Source of the DNA: a virus
DNA: 64,000 bases
Virus record (IMG/VR): IMGVR_UViG_3300042260_000713
Span: 1-64,000 of that record
Reading direction: 5' to 3' (one strand)
Shown one piece after another: positions 22,671-31,002 of the stretch. The notes under the pieces are model-generated. The model did no database searches, was not told where the DNA came from, and worked only from the letters and a program-made list of their open reading frames with translations. Position 1 is the first letter of the stretch. Every line of letters begins with the position of its first letter. The position numbers were made by a program, and so were the translations under genes.

Positions 22671-23986
22671 TGGCCGGTGATGTGACGGTGGTAGGCGAAG
22701 GGATCGGGGGCGTTGGTTTCGGGATCGATGGGAGCGACAAAGGTGGCCGCGGCCACGGCAGCAATGGGCTGGTGCTGGGGCAGGTAGGCCACAAAACGGC
22801 GTTCCTTCAGCCAGCGGGCCAGATCGGGGAAACTCGGGGCAAAACCAGTGGTGGCAAGCTGCTGGTCTTGGGCTCGAAGCTCAGCAGCGTGCGCAGCCAC
22901 CAGCGCTTCGATGGCGTGGCCCTCGGCGAGGACAGCAGCAAGCTCACGCTGGGCAGCGGGGAGAGATTGGCAGGTGGCGCGGCGGGGGCTGGCCAGGTAG
23001 ACGGCGCAGAGCTGCTCGAAAGCGGCAGAGGCGGCAGGGCCGGCGCGGAGCTGCTCGCAACGGCGGCGGTAGCCGGTGTGAAGCGACTTGCAGCCGCTGG
23101 CCGCGGCGTGCTCGAGGAAGGGCTTGAGCACCCCCAGGGCATCGGCGTGGAGGATGGCGGCTCGATCGTCGCCGCTGAGCTCGTTGGGAGCGGCTGGGTG
23201 CTTCTCGCGCCGGCGGTGCCACCACTCGACGAGCAGCTGGCGGTGGGGCTTGGCGCAATCAGGCAGGGAGCTGTGCTGGGCTGAGGGCTGCTCGGCGGGA
23301 GGGGAGCAGCAGTCGCCAGTGGCCGAGTCGGCATGACGCTGGGGAGCGGTGTTCTGGGTCGAGGTTACCACGATCTGACGATCTGTCACGACCGCGGCAG
23401 CGGTTGTGACCTGTGGTGCGGCAGCGGAGTCGGTTTCGACTCGTTGGGACATATTTATCTTTGAAGAAGTATATAACCCTTCTAAGATTTCTTCTTCTAC
23501 GTTTAAGGGTTTATTGATTGCCTCCCCCCTGGGGGGAGTCCCCCCTGGGGGGAGGGGTGCCCCTGGAGGGGACTCCCCCTGGAGGGGAGGGGTACTCCCC
23601 CTGGGGGGCCTCCCCCCTGGGGGGAGGGGTGCGGTCGTCTTCCGCACTGCTGCAACGGGTTTCGACCGTTGCTTTCTCCGCTTGCTCTCCATCCGCACCC
23701 GGTAGACATTGGTGCCCCGGGGGCCGGTGCCCGACCGGACGATCCAACCCTCTGTCAAAAGGGTGGAAATCGCTGCGCGAATGTCCCGATCTTTCATTCC
23801 ACACTCCAACGCAAGGCGGGGCACAGACGGGAAGGCGTTATCACCTTGCCCGGCGTAAAACCAGAGCCAGGCATAGACAAATATCAATCTTCTGCGGCCA
23901 ATTTCTGCGCAGCTGCTCAGCAACTCAAGCGGTATCTGAGCAAAAAGAGGGCGGTGCAGTTCAGCATTGGAAAGATCGCGGGGCAT
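22667..23986 (-). CDS. Replication initiator-like protein (HTH_36-type N-terminal winged helix)
   Basis: ATG at 23986. FAQIPLELLSS...RLIFVYAWLWFYAGQGDNAFPSVPRLALECGMKDRDIRAAISTLLTEGWIVR...NVYRV. An internal PPGG/PPRG linker carries the iteron-like repeats. Confidence 0.6.
   Translation of the reverse strand: MPRDLSNAELHRPLFAQIPLELLSSCAEIGRRRLIFVYAWLWFYAGQGDNAFPSVPRLALECGMKDRDIRAAISTLLTEGWIVRSGTGPRGTNVYRVRMESKRRKQRSKPVAAVRKTTAPLPPGGRPPRGSTPPLQGESPPGAPLPPGGTPPRGEAINKPLNVEEEILEGLYTSSKINMSQRVETDSAAAPQVTTAAAVVTDRQIVVTSTQNTAPQRHADSATGDCCSPPAEQPSAQHSSLPDCAKPHRQLLVEWWHRRREKHPAAPNELSGDDRAAILHADALGVLKPFLEHAAASGCKSLHTGYRRRCEQLRAGPAASAAFEQLCAVYLASPRRATCQSLPAAQRELAAVLAEGHAIEALVAAHAAELRAQDQQLATTGFAPSFPDLARWLKERRFVAYLPQHQPIAAVAAATFVAPIDPETNAPDPFAYHRHITGQ
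23441..23630. promoter_or_regulatory. Origin-like region: six C4-6-T-G-G-(A/G)-G4-6 inverted-repeat motifs plus an adjacent AT-rich tract
   Basis: TCCCCCCTGGGGGGA at 23523, 23539 and 23611, with variants at 23559, 23574 and 23596. 23441-23520 is strikingly AT-rich in a GC-rich genome. Lies inside the initiator gene. Confidence 0.45.
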
Positions 23987-24411
23987 GGCAGGAACTGGTG
24001 TGGTTGAATCCACTCCCCTATGCCTGCAAAGTGCGTTTGATGCCGTAGAATGACCGTATTGCGGCCATCGCATTCGCTGGGGAGCGGGTCCGGTGGTCGC
24101 AGCCCGAGAGGGCAACACTGGTTCCGCCGATTCGGCGGGGCCTTTGTTGCGTTCGGGAAACCGACCAGTGAGCTTCAACCATAGCCGGTTCGGGATGCTG
24201 CCACCTGGGGCTGTTCTCAATCTGCAGCCGACCGTCACGGCTCCCAGGGACTGATCCCCTGTTCGGCTATCCCATGCTGGGCATGGATGGGAGTGGTGGG
24301 ACAGCTGCTAGGACGTGTTCGAGATCGAAAATGCTCGTTCCCCGTCGCTAAGACGTGTGTCCGAGCCCAGACAGGCTCGTTCTCCGTCTCCTCTTCCTTG
24401 GATGGATCGCC

Positions 24412-25353
24412 ATGGCCCAGCAGCAAACCCAGGCAGACACCCCTGTAGAGGTTCAGTTGTTGACTGGATCCGAGCAGCTGGGTTGGCTCACGGCAGAGGT
24501 CGATGGTCGTGAGCGGTTGCGACAGCTGCTCCAGCAGTGGCAGAAGCGCAACGGCTGGAGCCTGGCGGTGATGTCCCGCCTGGCGGAGCTGTCGCTGCTC
24601 GCGGAAGCGAAGGTGCCGGTGCCCGATTGGCTGGCTGGCATGCCGCTTCAACCCGGCAACCTGGTGAACCATCGTGGCCATGCCTGGGAAGCCGTTGGCA
24701 ACCCGTTGAGCGAGCCGGCCGAAGGCGCCGCGGGCTGGATCGATCGTGGCCTGACCAGCCGGCTGCATGCCTCCGGCCTGAACCTCTACTTTCGCAATCA
24801 GCGGGCCTCGCTCATGGTTTCTTTTCTGCTGGAGGTGGGTCGCTTGAACGAGTGGATTGCCCGGGTGCAGGCCGGCACGGCACAGCCACCAGCGGATGAG
24901 CGACTGAACGAGCTTGTGATGGGGTCCACGGTGATTCGCGACAGCGAAGGACCCCTGGGCCCTGAAGAGTTCCTCTCGATCGCCGGTAGTCGCCTACAGC
25001 CGCCGCCCTGGCCAGATCAGCCAGCGGCACCCGCCGATGTTGCCCTGGTGCCGGCCCGCCAGTTGAGGGCCGCTGCCGCGGCCGCCGGGCTGGACATCAT
25101 CGACGACTGGGCCACCATTGCCCAGCTCTACCCCAGTAACGATCCCGATCGCCTGAAGCGGCTGCAGAAGGTCCTGCAGGGCCTGGCTCAGTGGGATGCC
25201 CAGCAGGAAGAGGATGAGCGGGTAGCAGCCCATGTCCTGCTGCACCGGCTGCAGGACACCATCGAGAGGCTCGCGGACCAGGCAGCAGACCAGCCGGCGG
25301 CCGGCGCTGTGATTCCAGCGGTGGTGCAGGAGATCAGCGGCGCCTCCAGCTGA
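24412..25353 (+). CDS. Hypothetical early protein
   Basis: ATG at 24412 (MAQQQTQADTP...), 313 aa, divergent from the initiator gene. Acidic C-terminus. Confidence 0.55.
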   Translation: MAQQQTQADTPVEVQLLTGSEQLGWLTAEVDGRERLRQLLQQWQKRNGWSLAVMSRLAELSLLAEAKVPVPDWLAGMPLQPGNLVNHRGHAWEAVGNPLSEPAEGAAGWIDRGLTSRLHASGLNLYFRNQRASLMVSFLLEVGRLNEWIARVQAGTAQPPADERLNELVMGSTVIRDSEGPLGPEEFLSIAGSRLQPPPWPDQPAAPADVALVPARQLRAAAAAAGLDIIDDWATIAQLYPSNDPDRLKRLQKVLQGLAQWDAQQEEDERVAAHVLLHRLQDTIERLADQAADQPAAGAVIPAVVQEISGASS

Positions 25354-25612
25354 CCTGACGCTCTCTCACCACTGGGCGCCGCCACTGGAGTTCCTGCGTG
25401 GCGCCATTACCCCGAGCTGGGGACAACATGATCAGTCGCAGGCTGGTGCAGCGGTGGATCTCGACAAGCTGCTGGCGGTTCTGCCAGAGCAGATCCGCCG
25501 CTGCGGCATGAAGAACTGTGACACGTAGTTCCTTGCCCAGCCGGGCCAGGGTGACCAGCGGCGGTGCGTCGGGGACTAGAACTGAGCTGGGTTCGTTGCC
25601 AGATGGGTGCAT
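25334..25612 (-). CDS. Hypothetical small protein (possible regulator)
   Basis: 92-aa ORF divergent from erf. Has a possible HTH, VTLARLGKELRVTVLHAAAADLL. Weak support. Confidence 0.35.
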   Translation of the reverse strand: MHPSGNEPSSVLVPDAPPLVTLARLGKELRVTVLHAAAADLLWQNRQQLVEIHRCTSLRLIMLSPARGNGATQELQWRRPVVRERQVSWRRR

Positions 25613-25697
25613 TACGAGTAGAACATAGGTGCTAGGGTTCGCTCGTGCTTGGCCGAGCGTAGCCAGGCAGCGCCCTCCTCAGACAGCAACGCACCTG

Positions 25698-26690
25698 ATG
25701 GAAACCAACCCGCCCCCTGGCTCGCCAGCGGAGACGGCGCAGCAGACCGAACCGGCCGATCCGCTCACCCAGAGCGTCCTCGACCTTGCCGATCGCCTCG
25801 CCGCTCTGGAAGAACACACGGCCGTGAAGCATGAAGCGGTGCGCGGCGCGTTCGCTGAGCTGCGGGCTGAAGTGCGCAAAGGCCTGGACTCTCAAGGCAA
25901 GGCCAACTCCACCATGACTGATGACCCACGCCGCCGGCTGGTGGAGTTCCTGGGGTATGAGCCCAGCACCCAGCAGCAGGTTGAGCTATTCACTGCCTAC
26001 GCAGCCTGGCATGCCACCAGTCCCAAGCTGGTAGAGAACCGCTCGGCTGAATACACAACGAAGAAGGGCCAGTTGGTGTCCTACGGCTATGCCGACCTGG
26101 CTGGCGTGATCGCCACAGCGCAGACCGCTGCGCCGTTTGGTCTCTCTGCTTTCACCAGGCAGGAGTTCGACGACAACGGCCATCCCATCGTGACCGGCTA
26201 CCTGGTGCACTCCAGCGGTGGGGCAACCAGCACGGGCCCAGTTCCACTGTTCACGGCCGATAGCGACCGCCCGGGCCAGGCACATGCCAGTGGCCTGACA
26301 ACCTGCCGGCGCCTGGCGCTGCAGATGGCGATCGGCCTGGCCGCTGAGCGCGATGACGATTTCAACGCCAGCACGGAAACCACTGCCGCCACCCGGGGGC
26401 CAGCACGGCCAGCAGCTGCGACACGCACCGGTGGCGAGCGACCGATGGCCAACCCACCGCGGCGTGTTGCAGACCCTGAGCGGGAGCAGCGCAACACAGC
26501 CGCCACCACACGGCCAGCGCCCGTTACGCGCCAGGGGCCTCCACCCGGCTGGCTGAGCAAGGAAGATCGCGAAGCGCTTGAGCAGGAGCTGATGGATCCC
26601 GCCATCACCCCGCAGCGATTCCATGAGATCGAGCAGAAGCTGATCGCCGCCAAGCAGTCGGTCACCACCTCCGGAGGTGCGGGGCAATGA
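25698..26690 (+). CDS. ERF-family single-strand annealing protein
   Basis: ATG at 25698. ...VSYGYADLAGVIATAQTAAPFGLSAFTRQEF...GYLVHSSGG...GLTTCRRLALQMAIGLAAERDDDFN fits the Erf superfamily pattern. Confidence 0.65.
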   Translation: METNPPPGSPAETAQQTEPADPLTQSVLDLADRLAALEEHTAVKHEAVRGAFAELRAEVRKGLDSQGKANSTMTDDPRRRLVEFLGYEPSTQQQVELFTAYAAWHATSPKLVENRSAEYTTKKGQLVSYGYADLAGVIATAQTAAPFGLSAFTRQEFDDNGHPIVTGYLVHSSGGATSTGPVPLFTADSDRPGQAHASGLTTCRRLALQMAIGLAAERDDDFNASTETTAATRGPARPAAATRTGGERPMANPPRRVADPEREQRNTAATTRPAPVTRQGPPPGWLSKEDREALEQELMDPAITPQRFHEIEQKLIAAKQSVTTSGGAGQ

Positions 26691-26947
26691 ACCATCACGG
26701 CAGCTGGGCATCAGCACGCAGCCCGTAGGGCTCTGTGCTGGTGCTGCAGCACATGAGACGTGTGTGATGGCCTCCCAGGGGATGCCGGCCACTGAGCGGA
26801 CGACTTGGTGGAGTCAAACCCAGCCTCTCCCCAAACACGGGCCCCGTCGAGGGATGTGGGTTCGCTCCAGGTCATGCGACCCATCAGGCCCACACCAAGG
26901 CCATCAGCAGCATTTCACCAACCATTTCTCGCCACCTCAATGCCGCC

Positions 26948-27415
26948 ATGTTTGAGCAGCACACACCCCCCTCCATCCCCATCACGGGCTTTGCTCTCTA
27001 TCCCGACCGACTGCTGTTGCAGGGAGGCAACTCTTCACGGTGCTCCTTCTCGCAACCCGATCAGCTCAGCCCAGAAGCCTACAAGCAGTTTCTCTGGCTG
27101 CTGGAGGATGCGCTCGGCGCCAATCGCAACGACCTGGCGTTGACCGATCCGACATCCATCCGTTCTCTGCTGAGGGTGATCACTCTTTGCCATGCCACCC
27201 GCCCGGTTGATCGGTTCACCGGAGCAGTTCTGGCGCTGGGGATCAAGCCCTTGTCCCCACCACCCCCTGTGATCCATGCCCAGTCATCTGGAGGAGGCCT
27301 TCGCGAATCAGTGGCTGGTCTCGTTCCCCCAACTGCCGTTCATCCGCGAGCACACGTTGCCGGCGTGGATGATCTGGGCCTGCTACCAGAAGCAGGAAGC
27401 GCTCAGGTCGCGTAA
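26948..27415 (+). CDS. Hypothetical protein
   Basis: 155-aa ORF. The last 46 or so codons overlap the next gene in another frame and look low-complexity. Confidence 0.45.
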   Translation: MFEQHTPPSIPITGFALYPDRLLLQGGNSSRCSFSQPDQLSPEAYKQFLWLLEDALGANRNDLALTDPTSIRSLLRVITLCHATRPVDRFTGAVLALGIKPLSPPPPVIHAQSSGGGLRESVAGLVPPTAVHPRAHVAGVDDLGLLPEAGSAQVA

Positions 27416-27851
27416 GCCACCGGCCTACCGCGCCGATTTCGCCTGGCCTGCTGCCCAGGTGGCCGTGGAGATCAACGGCGGCCTGTGGCGCCCAGGCGGC
27501 CATTCCACCGGCAGCGGCATCACGCGCGACATCACCAAAACCACCCTCGCCCAGCTGTCCGGCTGGGTGCTCATCCCCCTTTCCGATGCTCACATCTTCG
27601 ATGGCAGCCCCTTCTGGCTCCAGCTCATCGCCGATCTCATCATCCATCGCAGAGATCTTCTACTCAGCCGAAACACCCCAGGTGCTCCAGCTGGGGGGAG
27701 TGAGCCTGCACCCTGCGGGCCACTGCCTGATGCCCTGGATGATTCACAACTCCGAGCTCCATCCGAGCCTGCAAGCCGGCGCCGTCGCCGGGATGGAGCA
27801 CAACGGGATCGAGTGGATCTCCGTGCAGCACTCGGGCAACTACGGCAGTAG
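27276..27851 (+). CDS. PD-(D/E)XK (Vsr/DUF559-like) endonuclease
   Basis: YRADFAWPAAQVAVEINGGLWRPGGHSTGSGITRDITKTTLAQLSGWVLIPL. The tail after about aa 130 overlaps the next ORF. Confidence 0.6.
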   Translation: MPSHLEEAFANQWLVSFPQLPFIREHTLPAWMIWACYQKQEALRSRKPPAYRADFAWPAAQVAVEINGGLWRPGGHSTGSGITRDITKTTLAQLSGWVLIPLSDAHIFDGSPFWLQLIADLIIHRRDLLLSRNTPGAPAGGSEPAPCGPLPDALDDSQLRAPSEPASRRRRRDGAQRDRVDLRAALGQLRQ

Positions 27852-28341
27852 GCAGCTGCGCCTGGTTCATAACGCTCGGGGAGTGCTGTTGACGCCATGG
27901 GGCGGATACATCCAGCAGGAGGACAGCCTCAAAGAGCTGCAGATCAATGACGGCGACTTCGTGTTGCATGCGGCGCCACCGGGAATGACGATCCCTGTTG
28001 CTGGTCGCTACTTCCCGCCAGGGTCGTTGCAGATCATCGTGGATGACAATGAGCTGCAGATCACAACTCAACACACCACGCTGCCCACTCCAGTGCAGGT
28101 GGCTTCGGTGCCTTGCAGCGGCTGGTGCAAGAAACAGCACATCTACATCGATCACGGCATGACCGAAAAAGCCGTGATCTTTTTTGACAAGAACGGCTGG
28201 CCGATTGCCTGCCGTGAAAACTTATTTAGTATTGCCAATCACGTAGCAGCGCAGAATATATTTACTGAAGAGAATCGCGTAGCGGTGCGCTGGTGGCGGT
28301 ACGACTACAGCAGGCCCCTGCCCAGCGGAGAGATGGTCTGA
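27730..28341 (+). CDS. Hypothetical protein
   Basis: Part of the 27586..28341 ORF. The start is uncertain (27730 or 27793). The 3' part (about 28130-28270) is lower in GC. Confidence 0.5.
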   Translation: MPWMIHNSELHPSLQAGAVAGMEHNGIEWISVQHSGNYGSRQLRLVHNARGVLLTPWGGYIQQEDSLKELQINDGDFVLHAAPPGMTIPVAGRYFPPGSLQIIVDDNELQITTQHTTLPTPVQVASVPCSGWCKKQHIYIDHGMTEKAVIFFDKNGWPIACRENLFSIANHVAAQNIFTEENRVAVRWWRYDYSRPLPSGEMV

Positions 28342-28613
28342 TGGCCTCCGAATCCATCTACGAACATGAGCTGCGGCCTTTCCTGCCTGGTCACGCCTAC
28401 TGGCAGGTTGAGCGCCAGCCGGAGGGGGTGACCGACCCGATGGTGGTGCGCTTCCGCAAGGTCGGCAGGAACGGCACCCTGCTCGATCAGAATGCCCGTT
28501 GGACGCCCCTGGGATGGGACTGCAAACGCTGGGTGCCAGCCCCGCCGAAGGTGCCCCAGTGGCTGTTGGAGAAGGTTGTGCTTCACATGCAGACCCTCAA
28601 GCCCCAACCATGA
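28341..28613 (+). CDS. Hypothetical protein
   Basis: TGATG overlap. MASESIYEHELRPFLPGHAYWQVERQ..., 90 aa. Confidence 0.5.
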   Translation: MASESIYEHELRPFLPGHAYWQVERQPEGVTDPMVVRFRKVGRNGTLLDQNARWTPLGWDCKRWVPAPPKVPQWLLEKVVLHMQTLKPQP

Positions 28614-28795
28614 GCACAACCCTCTGCAGCCACCCCGGCTGCCAGCAAGCCCATGACAACTGGCCGGGCCCGGGCCTCATTGGAGAGCTTTGCCAAGACC
28701 ACTGGGAGGCCTACTGCGAGCGGCAGTGGTGGCAGGCATGCACCGCCATCGACGAGGCCGGCCTGATGATCTGGCCAACCCCCGCTCCAGACTGA
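28610..28795 (+). CDS. Small Cys/His-rich protein
   Basis: ATGA overlap. MSTTLCSHPGCQQAHDNWPGPGLIGELCQDHWEAYCERQWWQAC. Confidence 0.45.
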   Translation: MSTTLCSHPGCQQAHDNWPGPGLIGELCQDHWEAYCERQWWQACTAIDEAGLMIWPTPAPD

Positions 28796-28818
28796 CTCCA
28801 GGACAGACCTGAGCCACC

Positions 28819-29607
28819 ATGACCAAAGGCAGCAACACGGCGGCGTCAGCCAGCCCACAGGGCGCTGACACCAAGCCCGCCGCGGCCCCCCAGAAGCCCG
28901 TGATCTTCACGCTCCAGGCGGTGCAGAACACCTGGCTCAAGGTGTCCACCGATCCGGCAGTGGAGCTGCCCGAGGATCAGAAGGTGCTGGTGCCGGCCGG
29001 CAAGCAGCTGCCCGTGGTGGCCACCAGCGAGCTTCCGCGCAACTCCCACGAGCTGGTGGAGCTGGGCGCCAGCGCCGGCCAGTGGCACGTCTACATGCCG
29101 CACTTCCGGCGCCTGCAGGTGGCGGCACCAGCGGCCCCGCCAGCGCCGGCGCCGGCGGTGATCTTTCAGCCTGGCGTGATCGACTGGAGCAATTTCGGCG
29201 CCTTCATCACCCCCAACCTCACGGTGGGGGAGGTGCTGCAGTTCGACCCCCGGCGCCGGCCATCGGCCCAGAGTGCCGTGGTGCCTCGCATCCTGGAGAC
29301 CGCTCGCGAGTTTCAGGCAGTCCGGACGGCATGGGGCCGGCCGCTGGGAGTGACGAGCTTCTACCGGCCGGAGCCGATCAACCGCGAGGTGGGCGGTGTG
29401 CGCAACAGCTTCCACGTCTCCGGCCTGGCCGTTGACCTCTACCCGATCGGCCTGCCCCTGCAGGCCCTCTACGAGTTCCTGATCGGTCGGTGGACCGGAG
29501 GCTTTGGCGACGGCCGCAACCGGGGCTTCATTCACCTCGATCGCAGAGGCGGCGGCCGCTTTGTGCCCAGTGGCGGCGTGCGGCCGGCTGATGTCTGGCC
29601 CTACTGA
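28819..29607 (+). CDS. Peptidase M15A-like cell-wall hydrolase
   Basis: C-terminal VTSFYRPEPINREVGGVRNSFHVSGLAVDLYP...WTGGFGDGRNRGFIHLDRR fits the H-D-H zinc peptidase pattern. Confidence 0.7.
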   Translation: MTKGSNTAASASPQGADTKPAAAPQKPVIFTLQAVQNTWLKVSTDPAVELPEDQKVLVPAGKQLPVVATSELPRNSHELVELGASAGQWHVYMPHFRRLQVAAPAAPPAPAPAVIFQPGVIDWSNFGAFITPNLTVGEVLQFDPRRRPSAQSAVVPRILETAREFQAVRTAWGRPLGVTSFYRPEPINREVGGVRNSFHVSGLAVDLYPIGLPLQALYEFLIGRWTGGFGDGRNRGFIHLDRRGGGRFVPSGGVRPADVWPY

Positions 29608-30284
29608 GCGTTCCAGAGCGCCCCTTCCGCCTTGCGGCGGCGGCGCAGGCCCGCCTCGCTCGGGCCGCCTGGGTTCACGTAGAGCATCATCGCGGCCGGC
29701 ACCTTGGCCAGCTCTCGCGCATCGCTCTGCAGTCCGCGCTGCAGGGTGCGGGTGAGGGTGGCAAACCCCTCGCTGCCATACCAGTGCGGCCCGCAGTTGT
29801 AGGTGAACGAGAGCAGGGCCGCCTGCTGGTTGCTTGTCAGGTGTCCCCAGCCAGGGATGCGGCCGGACAAAACCTGCACATCGCGCTCCAGCCGCCGCGC
29901 CAGCAGCGTGTCGGCCTGCGCCTGGGTGATGCTGTCGCCGCGGCGCACCCGCCGGCCATCGGCGTGGGTGGTGCTGCCCCAGCCGATCGTCCAGGGCTGA
30001 TCGCCGGTTTCCGGATCAGGGTAGGCCGTGAGTTTGCATCCCTCGAACTCCATCACCAGTGGCATGGCGATGGTCACAGCGGTGCCAGGCCCGGAAGCTG
30101 TGGGTGCAGCAGCAGGTGGCGGCGCTGAGCTCCTCAGCCAGGTGCTGTTGCGGATGTCACCGCCCTTCTCGAGCTGCTTTCGCTGCGCGGGGGTGAGCAT
30201 GCCCTCCACCGCCGCCCAGAATTGCTCATGGCCTGGGTGACCTGCGATGGTGTGCAGGGCGTAGCGCAACAGGGAGGGGGTCAT
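29601..30284 (-). CDS. Phage lysozyme (GH24-like endolysin)
   Basis: MEFEGCKLTAYPDPETGDQPWTIGWGST...ITQAQADTLLARRLERDV...NQQAALLSFTYNCG...GLRRRRKAEGALW. Confidence 0.85.
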   Translation of the reverse strand: MTPSLLRYALHTIAGHPGHEQFWAAVEGMLTPAQRKQLEKGGDIRNSTWLRSSAPPPAAAPTASGPGTAVTIAMPLVMEFEGCKLTAYPDPETGDQPWTIGWGSTTHADGRRVRRGDSITQAQADTLLARRLERDVQVLSGRIPGWGHLTSNQQAALLSFTYNCGPHWYGSEGFATLTRTLQRGLQSDARELAKVPAAMMLYVNPGGPSEAGLRRRRKAEGALWNAQ

Positions 30285-30583
30285 GGGTTGGTGGGTGCGG
30301 TGGGTTGCTCACGACGCGCCAGGGCCGCCGGATCAAACAGCAGGGACAGGATGCGCAGCTCCAGGGCCGAGGGGTCGCGATGCACCACCCGTTGCACCGC
30401 GGTGAAGAACAGCAGCGATACCTGAGCAGCGCCGGCCGAGATCGCCCCCTGTACCTGGGTATCAATCACGGCGAACACCTCTGGCAGCCGCTTGCGCAGA
30501 TCGGCACCCAGGGCCTGCAGCAGCAGGGTGGTGAGGTGCCTGAGCATCAGGCCCAGGACGGGTTTGAACAGGAAGCCGATCAT
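30281..30583 (-). CDS. Lysis-cassette membrane protein
   Basis: 100 aa with ATGA overlaps on both sides. Hydrophobic N-terminus MIGFLFKPVLGLML. Confidence 0.45.
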   Translation of the reverse strand: MIGFLFKPVLGLMLRHLTTLLLQALGADLRKRLPEVFAVIDTQVQGAISAGAAQVSLLFFTAVQRVVHRDPSALELRILSLLFDPAALARREQPTAPTNP

Positions 30584-31002
30584 GCTGGTTCAGGGTCGTC
30601 GCCATCTTCATCATGGTCCCGCCCAGGGGCCGGCACGATGCCGATCGGACCACTGAGCAGCTGGTCACTGTCGTCTTCCGTGCGGCGGCGGTTGAGCAGA
30701 ACGCTGCCGGCCACCCCACCCATGGCGGCAGCAGCTGATTCAGCGGGACTGTGCACCACCAGGGCCAGCAGGGTGTCCGTGCTCCTGCGACCGATCTCTC
30801 CCATCTGCGACCAGGCCGGCAGGCATTCCAGCGGCCGGCGGCTGCGCATCTCGCACAGCATGGCCTGGGTGAGGCCTGCCACCAGCTGCCAGCCCACATT
30901 CGCCACCACCACCCACCCGGCGATGGTGAGCCCGGCGCCGATCACCGGTGAGACGCTGGCCATCACACTGCGCCGAGATTGCTGCTGAGACTGCGTGGTC
31001 AT
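30580..31002 (-). CDS. Holin candidate
   Basis: 140 aa. TM segments VSPVIGAGLTIAGWVVVANVGWQLVAGL. Acidic C-terminus. Upstream of the lysozyme. Confidence 0.45.
   Translation of the reverse strand: MTTQSQQQSRRSVMASVSPVIGAGLTIAGWVVVANVGWQLVAGLTQAMLCEMRSRRPLECLPAWSQMGEIGRRSTDTLLALVVHSPAESAAAAMGGVAGSVLLNRRRTEDDSDQLLSGPIGIVPAPGRDHDEDGDDPEPA

Noticed and set aside
23523-23625. Short regularly spaced palindromic repeats as a CRISPR array
   Set aside because: The units are only about 15 nt with spacers of 1-7 nt. They lie inside a coding region and there are no cas genes. They were interpreted as iteron-like or PPGG-coding repeats.
24235-24768. 177-aa minus-strand ORF
   Set aside because: It overlaps the better plus-strand ORF 24412-25353. 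Its upstream part covers the intergenic region next to the initiator gene, and its composition is poor.
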